A stretch of DNA of 61,530 bases, filler included, from Coriobacteriales bacterium (GTDB taxonomy: Bacteria > Actinomycetota > Coriobacteriia > Coriobacteriales > UBA8131), in the NCBI GenBank assembly GCA_031263105.1. It is 5 parts of 5 records of this genome, joined end to end, with 100 filler letters (N's around TTAATTAATTAA, not from the genome) between each part and the next. Parts side by side here need not be neighbours in the genome. Positions count along the whole stretch, not along the records: positions 29,650 to 38,269 come from JAISGJ010000141.1; positions 38,370 to 56,772 come from JAISGJ010000195.1; 3 more parts are not named here. One strand, given 5' to 3'. A model generated the notes under the pieces. The model was not told where the DNA came from. It saw only the letters and a list, made by a program, of their open reading frames with translations, and made no database searches. Below are positions 32,871 to 42,321 of this stretch, one piece after another (the stretch's first letter is position 1; every line of letters begins with the position of its first letter). Position numbers and translations under genes: made by a program.

Positions 32871-33935
32871 ATGACGCTTTCCATAGGTATCGTGGGGTTA
32901 CCGAACGTGGGCAAGTCCACGCTGTTCACTGCGCTGACGCGCAGGGGCGGGCTGGCGGCGAACTATCCCTTTGCGACCATCGAGCCCAATGTGGGCATCG
33001 TGGAGGTGCCCGACGCACGGCTGCAACGGCTTGCGGACATCGTCCATCCGGGGCGCATCGTGCCGGCGACCGTGGAGTTCGTCGATATCGCGGGCCTGGT
33101 GAAGGGGGCCAACGAAGGGGAGGGGCTCGGCAACCAGTTCTTGGCGAACATCCGCGAGACCGACGCGATAGTCGAGGTCGTGCGCTACTTCTCCGACCAT
33201 GACGTCGTGCACGTCGAGGGCACGGCCGACCCTGGGCGGGACAGCGAGACCATCAAAACGGAGCTGGTGCTCGCCGACCTTGCCACCCTCGAACGTGCGC
33301 TGCCGCGCCTGGAGAAGGATGCCCGGCGCGACAGGGCGCTTGCCGCCAAGCTCGACGTCGCCCGGCGCCTGGAGGAGTGGATGGATGCGGGCAGGCGCGC
33401 ACGCAGCTTCGAGGCGAGCGACGAGGAGAAGCGGCTGCTCGCCGACCTGCACCTCCTCACGATGAAGCCGCTCCTGTACGTCGCGAACGTCGACGAGGAT
33501 GCAGCAGCGGGGGAGCCTGCGCCTCTGGACGGCGCCGCTCCTCTCCCCATAAGCGCACAGGTCGAGTCCGAGATCGCCGAGATGGACGCGAAGGAGGCCA
33601 CAGAGTACCTTGCGATGCTCGGCTTGGAGCAGTCGGGGCTCGAGCGGCTGGTCACGGCTGCCTACCGGCTCCTCGGCCTGCAGTCGTTCTTCACGGCGGG
33701 CGAGATGGAGGTCAAGGCGTGGACCGTCCCCATCGGCGCCAGGGCACCGCAGGCGGCCGGCGTCATCCATACCGATTTCGAGCGCGGCTTCATCAAGGCG
33801 GAGACCGCGTCCTACGAGGACTATGTCGAGTACGGCGGCGAGGCGGGATGCCGCGCTGCGGGCAAGCTGAGGCAGGAAGGGAGGGAGTACCTCGTGCGTG
33901 ACGGAGACGTCATGCACTTCAAGTTCAACGTGTGA
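32871..33935 (+). CDS. ychF: Ribosome-binding ATPase YchF
   Basis: GLPNVGKST, ANYPFATIEPN, DIAGLVKGA, GLGNQFL and HTDFERGFIKAE. Confidence 0.97.
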   Translation: MTLSIGIVGLPNVGKSTLFTALTRRGGLAANYPFATIEPNVGIVEVPDARLQRLADIVHPGRIVPATVEFVDIAGLVKGANEGEGLGNQFLANIRETDAIVEVVRYFSDHDVVHVEGTADPGRDSETIKTELVLADLATLERALPRLEKDARRDRALAAKLDVARRLEEWMDAGRRARSFEASDEEKRLLADLHLLTMKPLLYVANVDEDAAAGEPAPLDGAAPLPISAQVESEIAEMDAKEATEYLAMLGLEQSGLERLVTAAYRLLGLQSFFTAGEMEVKAWTVPIGARAPQAAGVIHTDFERGFIKAETASYEDYVEYGGEAGCRAAGKLRQEGREYLVRDGDVMHFKFNV

Positions 33936-34131
33936 CGTTTTGCGCATGGCGGCGGCATGACGGTGAGGTCGTGCCCTCGGCGCCCGGCGCGCGACGGACG
34001 GATGGACTGACGGGACCATGCTGGCTGGGAGTGCTGGCATGAAGTGACGGAGCACGCACATCGTAAGCGCATCGCAGGGCTTGGGGCCTCGTGTCGCAGG
34101 CCTTGCGGTGTGCGAGGGGACAAGGACGTCG

Positions 34132-35007
34132 ATGAATCTGAGAGAGTGGCGGCAGCGGTGCCGCGCGTTGAGGGGCACGCCGGGATTCGGTGCCCTGCTG
34201 GGGAAGTACCTCGTGTCGATTTCTGTGACGGCCGCCCTGGTCGTGTGCGCCGTCCTGCTGAAGGCGGACGGGCCAGGGCCCTTCTTCCAAGGAGACCGGC
34301 CGGCCGCAGGCCTCTTGGTCCGGCAGACCGGCGGCCTGCTGACGGATGCGGAGGAGGACGCGTCCGAGGCGTACCTGACGGCCCAGAACATCGCGAATGC
34401 CGGTTGGCGGGTCGTGGACGGCAGGCGCCAGTATTACTTCACGGACGGCAGCCAGGCCATCGGCACCGTCCGTATCGACGGAGCGGACGTGACCTTCGAC
34501 GAGCAGGGCACCTGGCTCTCCTCCCGCTTGGACGTGCCCTATATCTCCCAGCTGCCCGACATGCCCTTCGGCTGCGAGGCGGTCTCCGTCACGATGATGC
34601 TCAACTATGCGGGCATCGAGACGAGCAAGGAGGACGTGGTCGCGCTCCTCCCCTATGCGGGCGACCCCAACCTGGGCTTCACGGGCAGCGTCTACTATCA
34701 GGGCTTCTCCCTCGGCGGCATCATCTGGCCGCCCGCCCTGCTCGACCTCGTGAGGGCCTATGGGCAGGATGCCGTCGATCTGACGGGCGCGTCCTGGGAG
34801 GAGGTGTGCGCCTTCATCGACGAGGGCCGCCCGGTCTGCGTCTGGTTCAGGACTGCGGCGCTCGACCACACGGTGCTGCTCACAGGCTACAGCGACGCCA
34901 CGGTCTGGGTGAACGACCCCTTGGCAGACAAGGACACCGCCCTCGACTCCGAGACCTTCCTCAGCTACTGGTCCCAAAACGACTACCGCGCCCTCTCGTA
35001 TCTGTGA
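34132..35007 (+). CDS. Membrane-anchored C39-like cysteine peptidase
   Basis: TM anchor, GWRVVDGRRQYYF cell-wall-binding-like repeat, YISQ..GCE, HTVLLTGY and NDP. Confidence 0.75.
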   Translation: MNLREWRQRCRALRGTPGFGALLGKYLVSISVTAALVVCAVLLKADGPGPFFQGDRPAAGLLVRQTGGLLTDAEEDASEAYLTAQNIANAGWRVVDGRRQYYFTDGSQAIGTVRIDGADVTFDEQGTWLSSRLDVPYISQLPDMPFGCEAVSVTMMLNYAGIETSKEDVVALLPYAGDPNLGFTGSVYYQGFSLGGIIWPPALLDLVRAYGQDAVDLTGASWEEVCAFIDEGRPVCVWFRTAALDHTVLLTGYSDATVWVNDPLADKDTALDSETFLSYWSQNDYRALSYL

Positions 35008-35033
35008 CGGGGGCAGGGGCAAGGACAGGGAAA

Positions 35034-35120
35034 CGGGACGTCGAGGGCGCCGTCCCCTACGAGGGGTGCGGCAACACCGGTCTCGTCAGATGGCGGGACG
35101 TCGAGGGCGCCGTCCCCTAC
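35034..35120 (-). repeat. Two GTAG-type REP units (GTAGGGGACGGCGCCCTCGACGTCCCG)
   Basis: Identical 27-mers at 35034-35060 and 35094-35120. Confidence 0.8.
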
Positions 35121-35163
35121 GGGCGTCGCAGGCGCGGTGTGGCGGCGTGGCCGCACCCGACCG

Positions 35164-35345
35164 GTTACTGACAATGTGTTCACACCCTCCATGGAACCCC
35201 ACTGTCATTCCGAGCCCCGCCGAGGAATCTTTGGACACGCAGTGTCCAACGGCAGGCCAGGGGGCCCTTCGGCCTGCGGTCGGCCGCTTGCGCGGTCGAA
35301 GATCCCTCGACAGGCTCGGGATGACAGTGGGGTGTGCGCAGTAAC
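35164..35345. repeat. MITE-like palindromic repeat (GTTAC...GTAAC), no TSD seen
   Basis: Same arms and internal cassettes as 7243-7445. Confidence 0.8.
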
Positions 35346-35373
35346 GACGCCTCTGTCGGCGTCCCTGCCGCCG

Positions 35374-35470
35374 AAGATTCCTCGGCTGCGGGGCTTCGCC
35401 CCAGAGTTTACCCTGAGTGCCCTGAGCGCCCTGAGCGCCCTGAGCGCAGCCGAAGGGCTCGGAATGACAG
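35374..35470. repeat. Right-arm fragment of the repeat family with 9-bp CTGAGCGCC repeats
   Basis: AAGATTCCTCGG...GCTCGGAATGACAG. Confidence 0.6.
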
Positions 35471-35493
35471 AATAGTGCTATCATAGTCAGGTT

Positions 35494-36570
35494 ATGCGTG
35501 AACGCCTCCAACAGATCGTCGATGCGTATACCGAGCTTGAGGCACGGCTCGGTGACCCTGCCGTGCTCGCGAACCAGAAGGAGTACGCGCGCCTGGCAAA
35601 GGAGCACTCCTCGCTTGCGGAGCTTGCGCGTCAGGCGCGTGCCTATGTCGCAGCAAGCGACGGTCTGCTCGCCGCGCGGGAGATGCTGCGCCTTGAGAGC
35701 GACCCGGAGATGCGCGAGCTTGCCCAGCAGGAGGCCGTCGAGCTCACCGACAGGCTGGGGCGGCTGGAGGACGACATCAAGGTCATGCTGATACCCAGCG
35801 ACCCCAACGACGAGAAGGACATCATCGTCGAGATACGCGCGGGGGCGGGCGGCGACGAGGCCGCCCTGTTCGCCGGCGACCTGTACCGCATGTACACGCG
35901 CTTCGCCGACGAGAAGGGCTGGAAGGTCGAGCAGCTCGACTCCTCGGTGTCCGAGGCGGGCGGCTTCAAGGAGGTCGAGTTCAAGGTCACGGGCAGCAAG
36001 GTCTACTCCGTCATGAAGTTCGAGAGCGGGGTGCACCGCGTCCAGCGCGTGCCGAAGACCGAGAGCCAGGGGCGCATCCACACCTCGACGGCGACCGTCG
36101 CGGTGCTGCCCGAGGCCGACGAGGTGGAGGTCGAGATCAACGCGAACGACCTGCGCATCGACGTGTACCGCGCCGGAGGCCCGGGCGGCCAGTGCGTCAA
36201 CACCACCGACTCGGCCGTGCGCATCACCCATCTGCCGACCGGCCTTGTGGTGCAGTCGCAGGACCAGAAGTCGCAGTTGCAGAACAAGGAGGCCGCCCTG
36301 CAGGTGTTGCGTGCGCGCCTCTACGACAAGATGCTCGCCCAGCAGCAGGCCGAGATGGGGGAGCAGCGCCGCTCCCAGATAGGCAGTGGGGACAGGAGCG
36401 AGAAGATCCGTACCTACAACGGCCCCCAGGACCGCGTGACCGACCACCGCATAGGCTACAACGGCACCTACAACGGGGTGCTTCTGGGAGCAGGCGGCGC
36501 GGGGCTTTCCGAGTTCACGACCGCGCTTATCGCCGCCGACAGGGCGTCCCGGCTCGAACAGGCGATCTGA
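35494..36570 (+). CDS. prfA: Peptide chain release factor 1
   Basis: [12 protein letters not shown] (PxT) and GGQ; adjacent to prmC. Confidence 0.97.
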   Translation: MRERLQQIVDAYTELEARLGDPAVLANQKEYARLAKEHSSLAELARQARAYVAASDGLLAAREMLRLESDPEMRELAQQEAVELTDRLGRLEDDIKVMLIPSDPNDEKDIIVEIRAGAGGDEAALFAGDLYRMYTRFADEKGWKVEQLDSSVSEAGGFKEVEFKVTGSKVYSVMKFESGVHRVQRVPKTESQGRIHTSTATVAVLPEADEVEVEINANDLRIDVYRAGGPGGQCVNTTDSAVRITHLPTGLVVQSQDQKSQLQNKEAALQVLRARLYDKMLAQQQAEMGEQRRSQIGSGDRSEKIRTYNGPQDRVTDHRIGYNGTYNGVLLGAGGAGLSEFTTALIAADRASRLEQAI

Positions 36571-36577
36571 GGCCTTC

Positions 36578-37633
36578 GTGTGGACCGTCCGGGCCACTCT
36601 TGAATGGACGCAGGCCCACTTCGAGGCAAAGGACGTTCCGTCTCCCCGGCTCTCAGCGCAATGGCTGCTCTGTGCCGCGACAGGGCTGACGCGCCTCGAA
36701 CTCTACACCAACTACGACCTGCCGCTTGCAGGTGCGCAGCTCGAGGTCCTGCGTGCGGGCATCAAGCGCCGCATCGCCGGCGAGCCGCTCCAGTACATCC
36801 TCGGCAAGGCGCCCTTCCGCCGCCTTGAGCTTGCGGTGCGCCCCGGCGTCCTGATACCGCGCCCCGAGACCGAGGTGCTGGTGGACGTGGTGCTCGACGA
36901 GCTGCGGGCCCGGGGCGGCGGCGGGCCGAGCGAGCTGCGGGCTCGGGGCGGCGGCGGGGCTTGCGTAGATGGGGAGAACAGCGGGCAGGACGGGGACAGC
37001 GTGCGCAGCGCGGTGGGTGAGGCGCGGTGCGTCCCGGCGGCGGACGAGCCGCAGGAACGACGGCCCCCTGCCACGTCTTCTGCGCCTGAGCCCGCCGTGC
37101 TCGAGCTCGGCACCGGCAGCGGCTGCATCGCGCTCTCGCTCCTGCACGAATGCCCCAACGTGTGCGTGATCGCCACGGACATCGACCCTGCGGCCCTCGG
37201 GCTTGCGCATGAGAACGCCCAAGCCCTCGGCCTCGACGCGGACGGAAGGCTCACCCTGCTCGAAGACGATCTCGCGGCATCGCTCCTCGCCGACGAGGCG
37301 CGTCACGGCAGCTTCGACGTGGTGGTCTCGAACCCTCCCTATATCCCCACCGCCGCCCTCGACGACCTGCCCGCCGAGGTGGCTGACCACGAGCCCAGAC
37401 GCGCCCTCGACGGAGGCGCCGACGGCCTTGTGTGCTTTCGCCGCATCGTCGCAGAGGCAGCGCTCCTCCTCGCCCCCGGCGGCCTCCTCGCCTGCGAGCT
37501 TCACGAGACGACCCTCGACGACGCAGCAGCCCTCTGCCAAGGCCAAGGCTACACAGACGCAACCATCCTCCCCGACCTCACCGGCAGCCCCCGCATCATC
37601 ACCGCACGTGCGCCCGCAGGTTTGGTATCATAA
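36578..37633 (+). CDS. prmC: Release factor glutamine methyltransferase
   Basis: EPLQYILG, VLIPRPETE, LGTGSGCI, SNPPY and ALDGG. Confidence 0.95.
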   Translation: MWTVRATLEWTQAHFEAKDVPSPRLSAQWLLCAATGLTRLELYTNYDLPLAGAQLEVLRAGIKRRIAGEPLQYILGKAPFRRLELAVRPGVLIPRPETEVLVDVVLDELRARGGGGPSELRARGGGGACVDGENSGQDGDSVRSAVGEARCVPAADEPQERRPPATSSAPEPAVLELGTGSGCIALSLLHECPNVCVIATDIDPAALGLAHENAQALGLDADGRLTLLEDDLAASLLADEARHGSFDVVVSNPPYIPTAALDDLPAEVADHEPRRALDGGADGLVCFRRIVAEAALLLAPGGLLACELHETTLDDAAALCQGQGYTDATILPDLTGSPRIITARAPAGLVS

Positions 37634-37640
37634 CAGCTGT

Positions 37641-37716
37641 GGGTCGTTAGCTCAGTTGGCAGAGCAGAGGACTTTTAATCCTAAGGTCCAGGGTTCGATC
37701 CCCTGACGACCCACCA
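37641..37716 (+). tRNA. tRNA-Lys(TTT)
   Basis: Cloverleaf, anticodon loop CTTTTAA, GGTTCGATCCC, CCA end. Confidence 0.95.
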
Positions 37717-37755
37717 GAGGCGCCCGCCTACCAATCGAAAACCATGGGACGAGCG

Positions 37756-38062
37756 ATGAACGGACAGACGTACACTATAGATGAGCTTGCAGGCCTCGTT
37801 ACTCCTATTGCCGAGGAGTACGGAGTGGAGCGCGTCTTCCTGTTCGGTTCATATGCCCGTGGCTCCCAAAATGCCGATAGCGACATTGACTTCCGAATTT
37901 GATGGCGGAGAGATTAGAACTTTGTTCAAGTTGGCAGAGTTTTATGAGGACTTGAAAGAGCGCATTGCTGCTCCGATAGACGTCTTGACCACCGAATCGC
38001 TTGAAGATGACTTCCTGTCACGCATTAGAGACGAGGAGCTGTTACTGTATGCAGCTCACTAG
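37756..38062 (+). pseudogene. Minimal nucleotidyltransferase (MNT antitoxin), frameshifted
   Basis: MNGQTYTIDEL...LFGSYARG..ADSDIDFRI, TGA at 37900; +1 frame continues DGGEIRTLF...IDVLT...LLYAAH. Confidence 0.8.
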
Positions 38063-38269
38063 CCGCGACAAAGTTACACGTCACACCCCACTGTCATTCC
38101 GAGCCTGTCGAGGAATCCTCGGCCGCGCCAGCGGCCGACCGCAGGTCGAAGGGCCCCCTGGCCTGCCGTTGGACACTGCGTGTCCAAAGATTCCTCGGCG
38201 GAGCTCGGAATGACAGTGGGGGTGTGACCAGTAACGCGACAAAGCTATTTTGGAAAAGATAGTCGAGTA
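38049..38269 (+). pseudogene. Probable HEPN/DUF86 toxin 5' end interrupted by a MITE (truncated by gap)
   Basis: Removing 38073-38243 gives MQLTSRDKAILEKIVE..., overlapping the MNT 3' end. Confidence 0.6.
38073..38235. mobile_element. 163-bp MITE-like element with 8-bp TSD GCGACAAA
   Basis: GTTACACGTCACACCCC...GGGGTGTGACCAGTAAC; TSD at 38065-38072 and 38236-38243. Confidence 0.85.
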
Positions 38270-38369
38270 NNNNNNNNNNNNNNNNNNNNNNNNNNNNNNN
38301 NNNNNNNNNNNNNTTAATTAATTAANNNNNNNNNNNNNNNNNNNNNNNNNNNNNNNNNNNNNNNNNNNN
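38270..38369. other. Assembly gap/contig spacer
   Basis: N run containing TTAATTAATTAA. Confidence 0.98.
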
Positions 38370-38443
<74 letters not shown>

Positions 38444-38466
38444 AGCCCGTGCCCTGGTCGCTCCGC

Positions 38467-39024
38467 TCAGTCGGCCTTCGAGTAGTAGACCGGCTCGCCC
38501 GCGCAGGCCTTGCAGTAGGGGAGTCCTTCGCGCATCACCTCGCGGCTGTCGTGGACCTTCTCCCCGCAGGTCGTGCAGACATAGGTCTTCGTGGGCTTGC
38601 CGGGCAGGTCGCCCGGGCCGAGGTGGACGCTCACCTTCTCGACGATGAGCAGGTCGTCGTCGCTTATCGCCTCGTAGAATGCGACCTTGTCGGTCACGTC
38701 GTCTGTGGGAGAGATGTTCGCGGTATGGATGCGTATCGCCTCGCCGGTCTCGACGCTGTAGAAGGTCGCCGCCATCTTGCCGTAGTCCATCCACTTCAGC
38801 CGACGTTTGCCCAGCGTCAGGTGGGTGACCGAGGCGATGGCGTCCGCCAGGCAGCGGTCGGCCTCGACAAAGGCGATGAGGTCGGGCTTCCCATCGGAGT
38901 CATACGCCCCAAAATAGTCCAAGGCGTAACGCGCGATGCGGGTGCCGATGATCTGCCCGCCGCAGAGATGCCCATGAAAGGCAATCGCGTCGTTCAGGTC
39001 CTCTCTGAAGCTCCGTCTTTCCAT
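38467..39024 (-). CDS. FmdE-family protein with C-terminal zinc finger
   Basis: FHGHLCGG, RCLADAI, DYGKMAATF and CTTCGE...CKAC. Confidence 0.88.
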   Translation of the reverse strand: MERRSFREDLNDAIAFHGHLCGGQIIGTRIARYALDYFGAYDSDGKPDLIAFVEADRCLADAIASVTHLTLGKRRLKWMDYGKMAATFYSVETGEAIRIHTANISPTDDVTDKVAFYEAISDDDLLIVEKVSVHLGPGDLPGKPTKTYVCTTCGEKVHDSREVMREGLPYCKACAGEPVYYSKAD

Positions 39025-39115
39025 GCTGTGTTGCCTCGCTCTCCCAATCGTCGGTGTAAAGGCGTACCGGATACAGCACCATCATAGCGGTTTGCGCACA
39101 ATCGCACGCGGGGTG

Positions 39116-39248
39116 CAGGGGGACGGTTCTTTTGGGCAGGACGAGGGGACGGCCCCTGTGTCCCGTAGGGCATGAGGCGGCCTCGTAGGGGACGGCGCCC
39201 CCGACGTCCCGCACTCCACAGGACGAGGGGACGGCCCCCTGTGTCCTG
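39116..39248. repeat. Cluster of GGGGACGG hairpin repeats and one GTAG REP (39185-39211)
   Basis: CAGGACGAGGGGACGGCCCC(C)TGTGTCC twice; GTAGGGGACGGCGCCCCCGACGTCCCG. Confidence 0.65.
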
Positions 39249-39302
39249 TTCCCTGCTGCGCCCTGCTGCCCTGCGCCTCGGATGCGCAAGACCCCCTGCA
39301 AT

Positions 39303-39311
39303 TGCTATAAT
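39303..39311 (+). promoter_or_regulatory. Extended -10 promoter of tRNA-Pro
   Basis: TGCTATAAT ending 8 bp before the tRNA; similar TGCTA..T boxes at 35476 (prfA) and 57066 (metG). Confidence 0.6.
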
Positions 39312-39319
39312 CCTCATGT

Positions 39320-39396
39320 CGGGGTGTGGCGCAGCCCGGTAGCGCGCTACGTTTGGGACGTAGATGCCGCAGGTTCGAATCCTGTCACCCCGACCA
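39320..39396 (+). tRNA. tRNA-Pro(TGG)
   Basis: Anticodon arm CTACG-TTTGGGA-CGTAG, GGTTCGAATCC, CCA end. Confidence 0.96.
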
Positions 39397-39597
39397 GCTA
39401 AGCCAGCTTACTAGCAAGCACGTTCGCCTGACTGCTTTGAGGTGACAGGATTCGAAGCCTGACAAGGGGCGAGGCGTTAAGCAAACGTGCCAGTGGCACG
39501 TTTGCAGCCGAGCGTCCGAAGCGAGCAGCGCGAGCGAGGACACCAGACGCTAGGAGCGAAGCGACGACGCGGCTGTTCGAATCCTGTCACCCCGACC
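39397..39597 (+). mobile_element. Small tRNA-linked element ending in a duplicate of the tRNA-Pro 3' end
   Basis: 23-bp direct copy at 39575-39597, 16-bp inverted copy at 39441-39456, hairpin at 39481-39505. Confidence 0.55.
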
Positions 39598-39603
39598 CAA
39601 TTT

Positions 39604-40302
39604 CTACCCCTCGCTGAACTTGTAGCCGACGCGCCAGACGGTGAGGAGGTACTTCGGTTGTGAGGGGTTGTCCTCGATCTTCTCCCGTATCCTTCTGATG
39701 AAGACCGTCACGCTGTTGAGGTCGCCCAAGGTGCTGTCGCCCCAGATGTGCTCGAGGATCTGCTCGCGCGTGAAGACCTTGCCCGGCTCGGAGGCCATGA
39801 AGCTGACGATCTCGAACTCCTTGGAGGAGAGGTTCAGAGGGGCCCCTGCCTTCCGTATCTCGTAGCGGTCGTGGAAGATCTCCAGGTCGCCGGTCGTGCT
39901 TGAGCCTTTGAGCTGGGACTCCTTGTTGAACGCGATGTCGTTCTTGTGGCGCCGGATGTGCGCGTCTATGCGCAGCAGCAGCTCCTCGGAGCTGAAGGGC
40001 TTCACCACGTAGTCGTCGCCGCCGGCCTTGAACCCGATGCTCTTGTCGACGATGTCCCCCTTGGCCGAGAGGAAGATTATGGGGATGTTCCGCCCGTCGT
40101 CCCGTATGCGCCTGCACAGGTCGAAGCCGTTCAGGCCCGGCATCATGACGTCGAGGATGAGGAGGTCGGGCCTCTCGGCCTTGATCGCGTCGAGCGCGTC
40201 GAGGGAGTGCGAGACGTAGTGGAACTCGTAGCCCTCCTGGACGACGATGTCCTCGATGACCGACCGGATGCCCAGGTCGTCGTCCACCAGCATGATCTTC
40301 AT
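39604..40302 (-). CDS. OmpR-family response regulator
   Basis: LVDDD, LDVMMP, DDYVVKPF and IREKIE...VGYKF. Confidence 0.95.
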   Translation of the reverse strand: MKIMLVDDDLGIRSVIEDIVVQEGYEFHYVSHSLDALDAIKAERPDLLILDVMMPGLNGFDLCRRIRDDGRNIPIIFLSAKGDIVDKSIGFKAGGDDYVVKPFSSEELLLRIDAHIRRHKNDIAFNKESQLKGSSTTGDLEIFHDRYEIRKAGAPLNLSSKEFEIVSFMASEPGKVFTREQILEHIWGDSTLGDLNSVTVFIRRIREKIEDNPSQPKYLLTVWRVGYKFSEG

Positions 40303-41972
40303 TGCCTGAACTCCCTTCGTGTGCGGTACTCCCGCGGGAGCGTGACCGAGAAGGCGCTGCCCTGGCCTATCGTGCTGGAAAGGGAGACCTCCCCGCCGTG
40401 CATCTCGGTGTACTCCTTGACCAGGGAGAGCCCAAGGCCCGCCCCGCCGTGCTTTTGCGAGGCAGGGGAGTCGCCTCGGGCGAAGCGCTCGAAGATCGCC
40501 TCCTGGTCCTCGGCGGAGATGCCGATCCCGGAGTCCTCGACGTCGATCCTGACCGTCTCGTGGACGGCATCGTAGGAGACGCGGACCTGGACCTCGTCGC
40601 CCTCCTCGGTGAACTTGAGCGCATTGCCGATCAGGTTCTCGATCATGCTGCGGAGCTTGTCGGGGTCGGCCTCGAGCAGGGGCACCTCGGAGTCTATGTG
40701 GATGGCCAGGGCGACCTTGCCGTTGTCGGCGATGGGGCGCATCATGTCCTCGACGGCGGCCACCACGTCGCCCAGGTCGACCGTCTCTATCGAGAACTCG
40801 GCCTTGCCGGCATCGAGACGGGCGGTCTCAAGGAAGTTGTTGATCTTGCCGAGGAGGACCTGGCTGCTCGTGTTCAGCTCCCTGAGGAGGCGGTCGGTGC
40901 GCGGCGAGCTCAGCTCCTCGGTCTTTTGCAGCTGCGCCACGAAGGCGATGATCGCGGTCAGGGGCGTCCTGAGCTCGTGGCTGACGATCGAGAGGAAGTC
41001 GGACTTGAAGCGGTTCTCCTCGACGAGGCGCTGGTTGACCTTCTGCAGGATGTCGGACTGTTGCTCGAGGAGCAGGTTCGCGTTGCTGAGGGCCTCGGTC
41101 CTGCTCTCGACCTGGTTCTCGAGCGTGTCGTAGACGGCCTTCAGCTGCTCGGACATATGGACGAAGTCCGAGGCGAGGTCGTATATCTCGTCCTTGGAGC
41201 GGAAGCCGTCTATCGCCCCGTCCCACCTCCCTTGGGCAATCTCCCCTGCGGCGGTCTGCAGCTTTGCCAGGGGCCGCGTGACCCAGCGCGTCAGGAGGAT
41301 GTAGATGACGCCCACACAGGCGATCAGGATGAGGGCGGCCAGAAGGGTCTCCCGGACGATGTAGGTGTTCATGTTCTCCTTGAGCACCTTGGTCGGCATG
41401 GTGATGCTCACGGTGCCGTACAGGTCGCCCGTCCTCATCCCCTCCTTCGCGTAGCCCAGGATGTCGGTCTCGCCTCTGTGTCCGCCGTGGCATTCCAGAC
41501 AGGAGTCGTCCACGCGCATGGGGGCGATGTAGCGGAACACGTCGCTTCCCTTGTACTGTGCGAACCCCAGGAACTCGGCCAGGTCCGTGTCCTGCTCAAA
41601 CGCATCGAAGGCGGCGACCTCGTGGGCGTCGGCCATGTTGAGGGGGTTGCGGGGGCTAGGGCTTGCGAAGCGGATGACGTAGTCGGTCCTGCGGTTGAAG
41701 ATGTTCCCGATGCTCATGCCCACCAACGAGCAATGGAGGCGCTTGAACTCGTACTTGCCCTCGGAGTCGTAGTTGATCAGGTCCTGGTTGTTGGAGACGA
41801 ACTCCCATGCCGACATCATCTCCTCGTTGAGGATGTAGGCCTTCTCGACCAGTTCCGCAGTCATCCGTTGCTGCTGGGCGTTGATGTTCCACGCAAGGTT
41901 GACGCCCAGGGCGCCGATGACTATGGCGATAAGGGCGAGTGCGATCTTTTGACGCAGGCCGAATCCCCGCAT
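40299..41972 (-). CDS. Sensor histidine kinase with extracytoplasmic heme c (DUF3365-like) domain and HAMP
   Basis: CLECH (CxxCH) between two TMs; SHELRTPL, NALKFT, DSGIG and GAGLGL. Confidence 0.9.
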   Translation of the reverse strand: MRGFGLRQKIALALIAIVIGALGVNLAWNINAQQQRMTAELVEKAYILNEEMMSAWEFVSNNQDLINYDSEGKYEFKRLHCSLVGMSIGNIFNRRTDYVIRFASPSPRNPLNMADAHEVAAFDAFEQDTDLAEFLGFAQYKGSDVFRYIAPMRVDDSCLECHGGHRGETDILGYAKEGMRTGDLYGTVSITMPTKVLKENMNTYIVRETLLAALILIACVGVIYILLTRWVTRPLAKLQTAAGEIAQGRWDGAIDGFRSKDEIYDLASDFVHMSEQLKAVYDTLENQVESRTEALSNANLLLEQQSDILQKVNQRLVEENRFKSDFLSIVSHELRTPLTAIIAFVAQLQKTEELSSPRTDRLLRELNTSSQVLLGKINNFLETARLDAGKAEFSIETVDLGDVVAAVEDMMRPIADNGKVALAIHIDSEVPLLEADPDKLRSMIENLIGNALKFTEEGDEVQVRVSYDAVHETVRIDVEDSGIGISAEDQEAIFERFARGDSPASQKHGGAGLGLSLVKEYTEMHGGEVSLSSTIGQGSAFSVTLPREYRTRREFRQ

Positions 41973-42000
41973 TGTCCTTCTTTCCCGTCAGGCGGCACCG

Positions 42001-42080
42001 TGGCGTGGTCCGACATGGTCCGGCGTGGTCCGGCGTGGGCCGGCGTGGGCCGACATGGTCCAACATGGTTCGGCGTGGGC
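42001..42080. repeat. 8 x 10-bp tandem repeat (CGGCGTGGTC/CGACATGGTC variants)
   Basis: Exact 10-bp period in the divergent intergenic region. Confidence 0.85.
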
Positions 42081-42321
42081 CAGGCACCGCATTTCTTCCT
42101 GAGCCACATGATACCACGTGTTCGCGTCGGCACGTGGATTTCGAAGCCATGACCTGCGCGTTCTTGTTCTCCCTGCAAGAGCTGGCCTGTAAGAATTGTG
42201 CAAGGATCACGCAAGGAAATTACAACAACAGACGAATACCAATGACAGGGGGCGTTTGCTAGAATGCTTCTCGATCAAGCCGAAGAAGAGGAGCAGAAGG
42301 AACAAGAGAAGGAGGGTCCGT

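Noticed and set aside
37897..37902. Programmed frameshift or readthrough in the MNT gene
   Set aside because: No slippery heptamer or stimulator is seen, and the partner gene is also broken, favouring decay or error.
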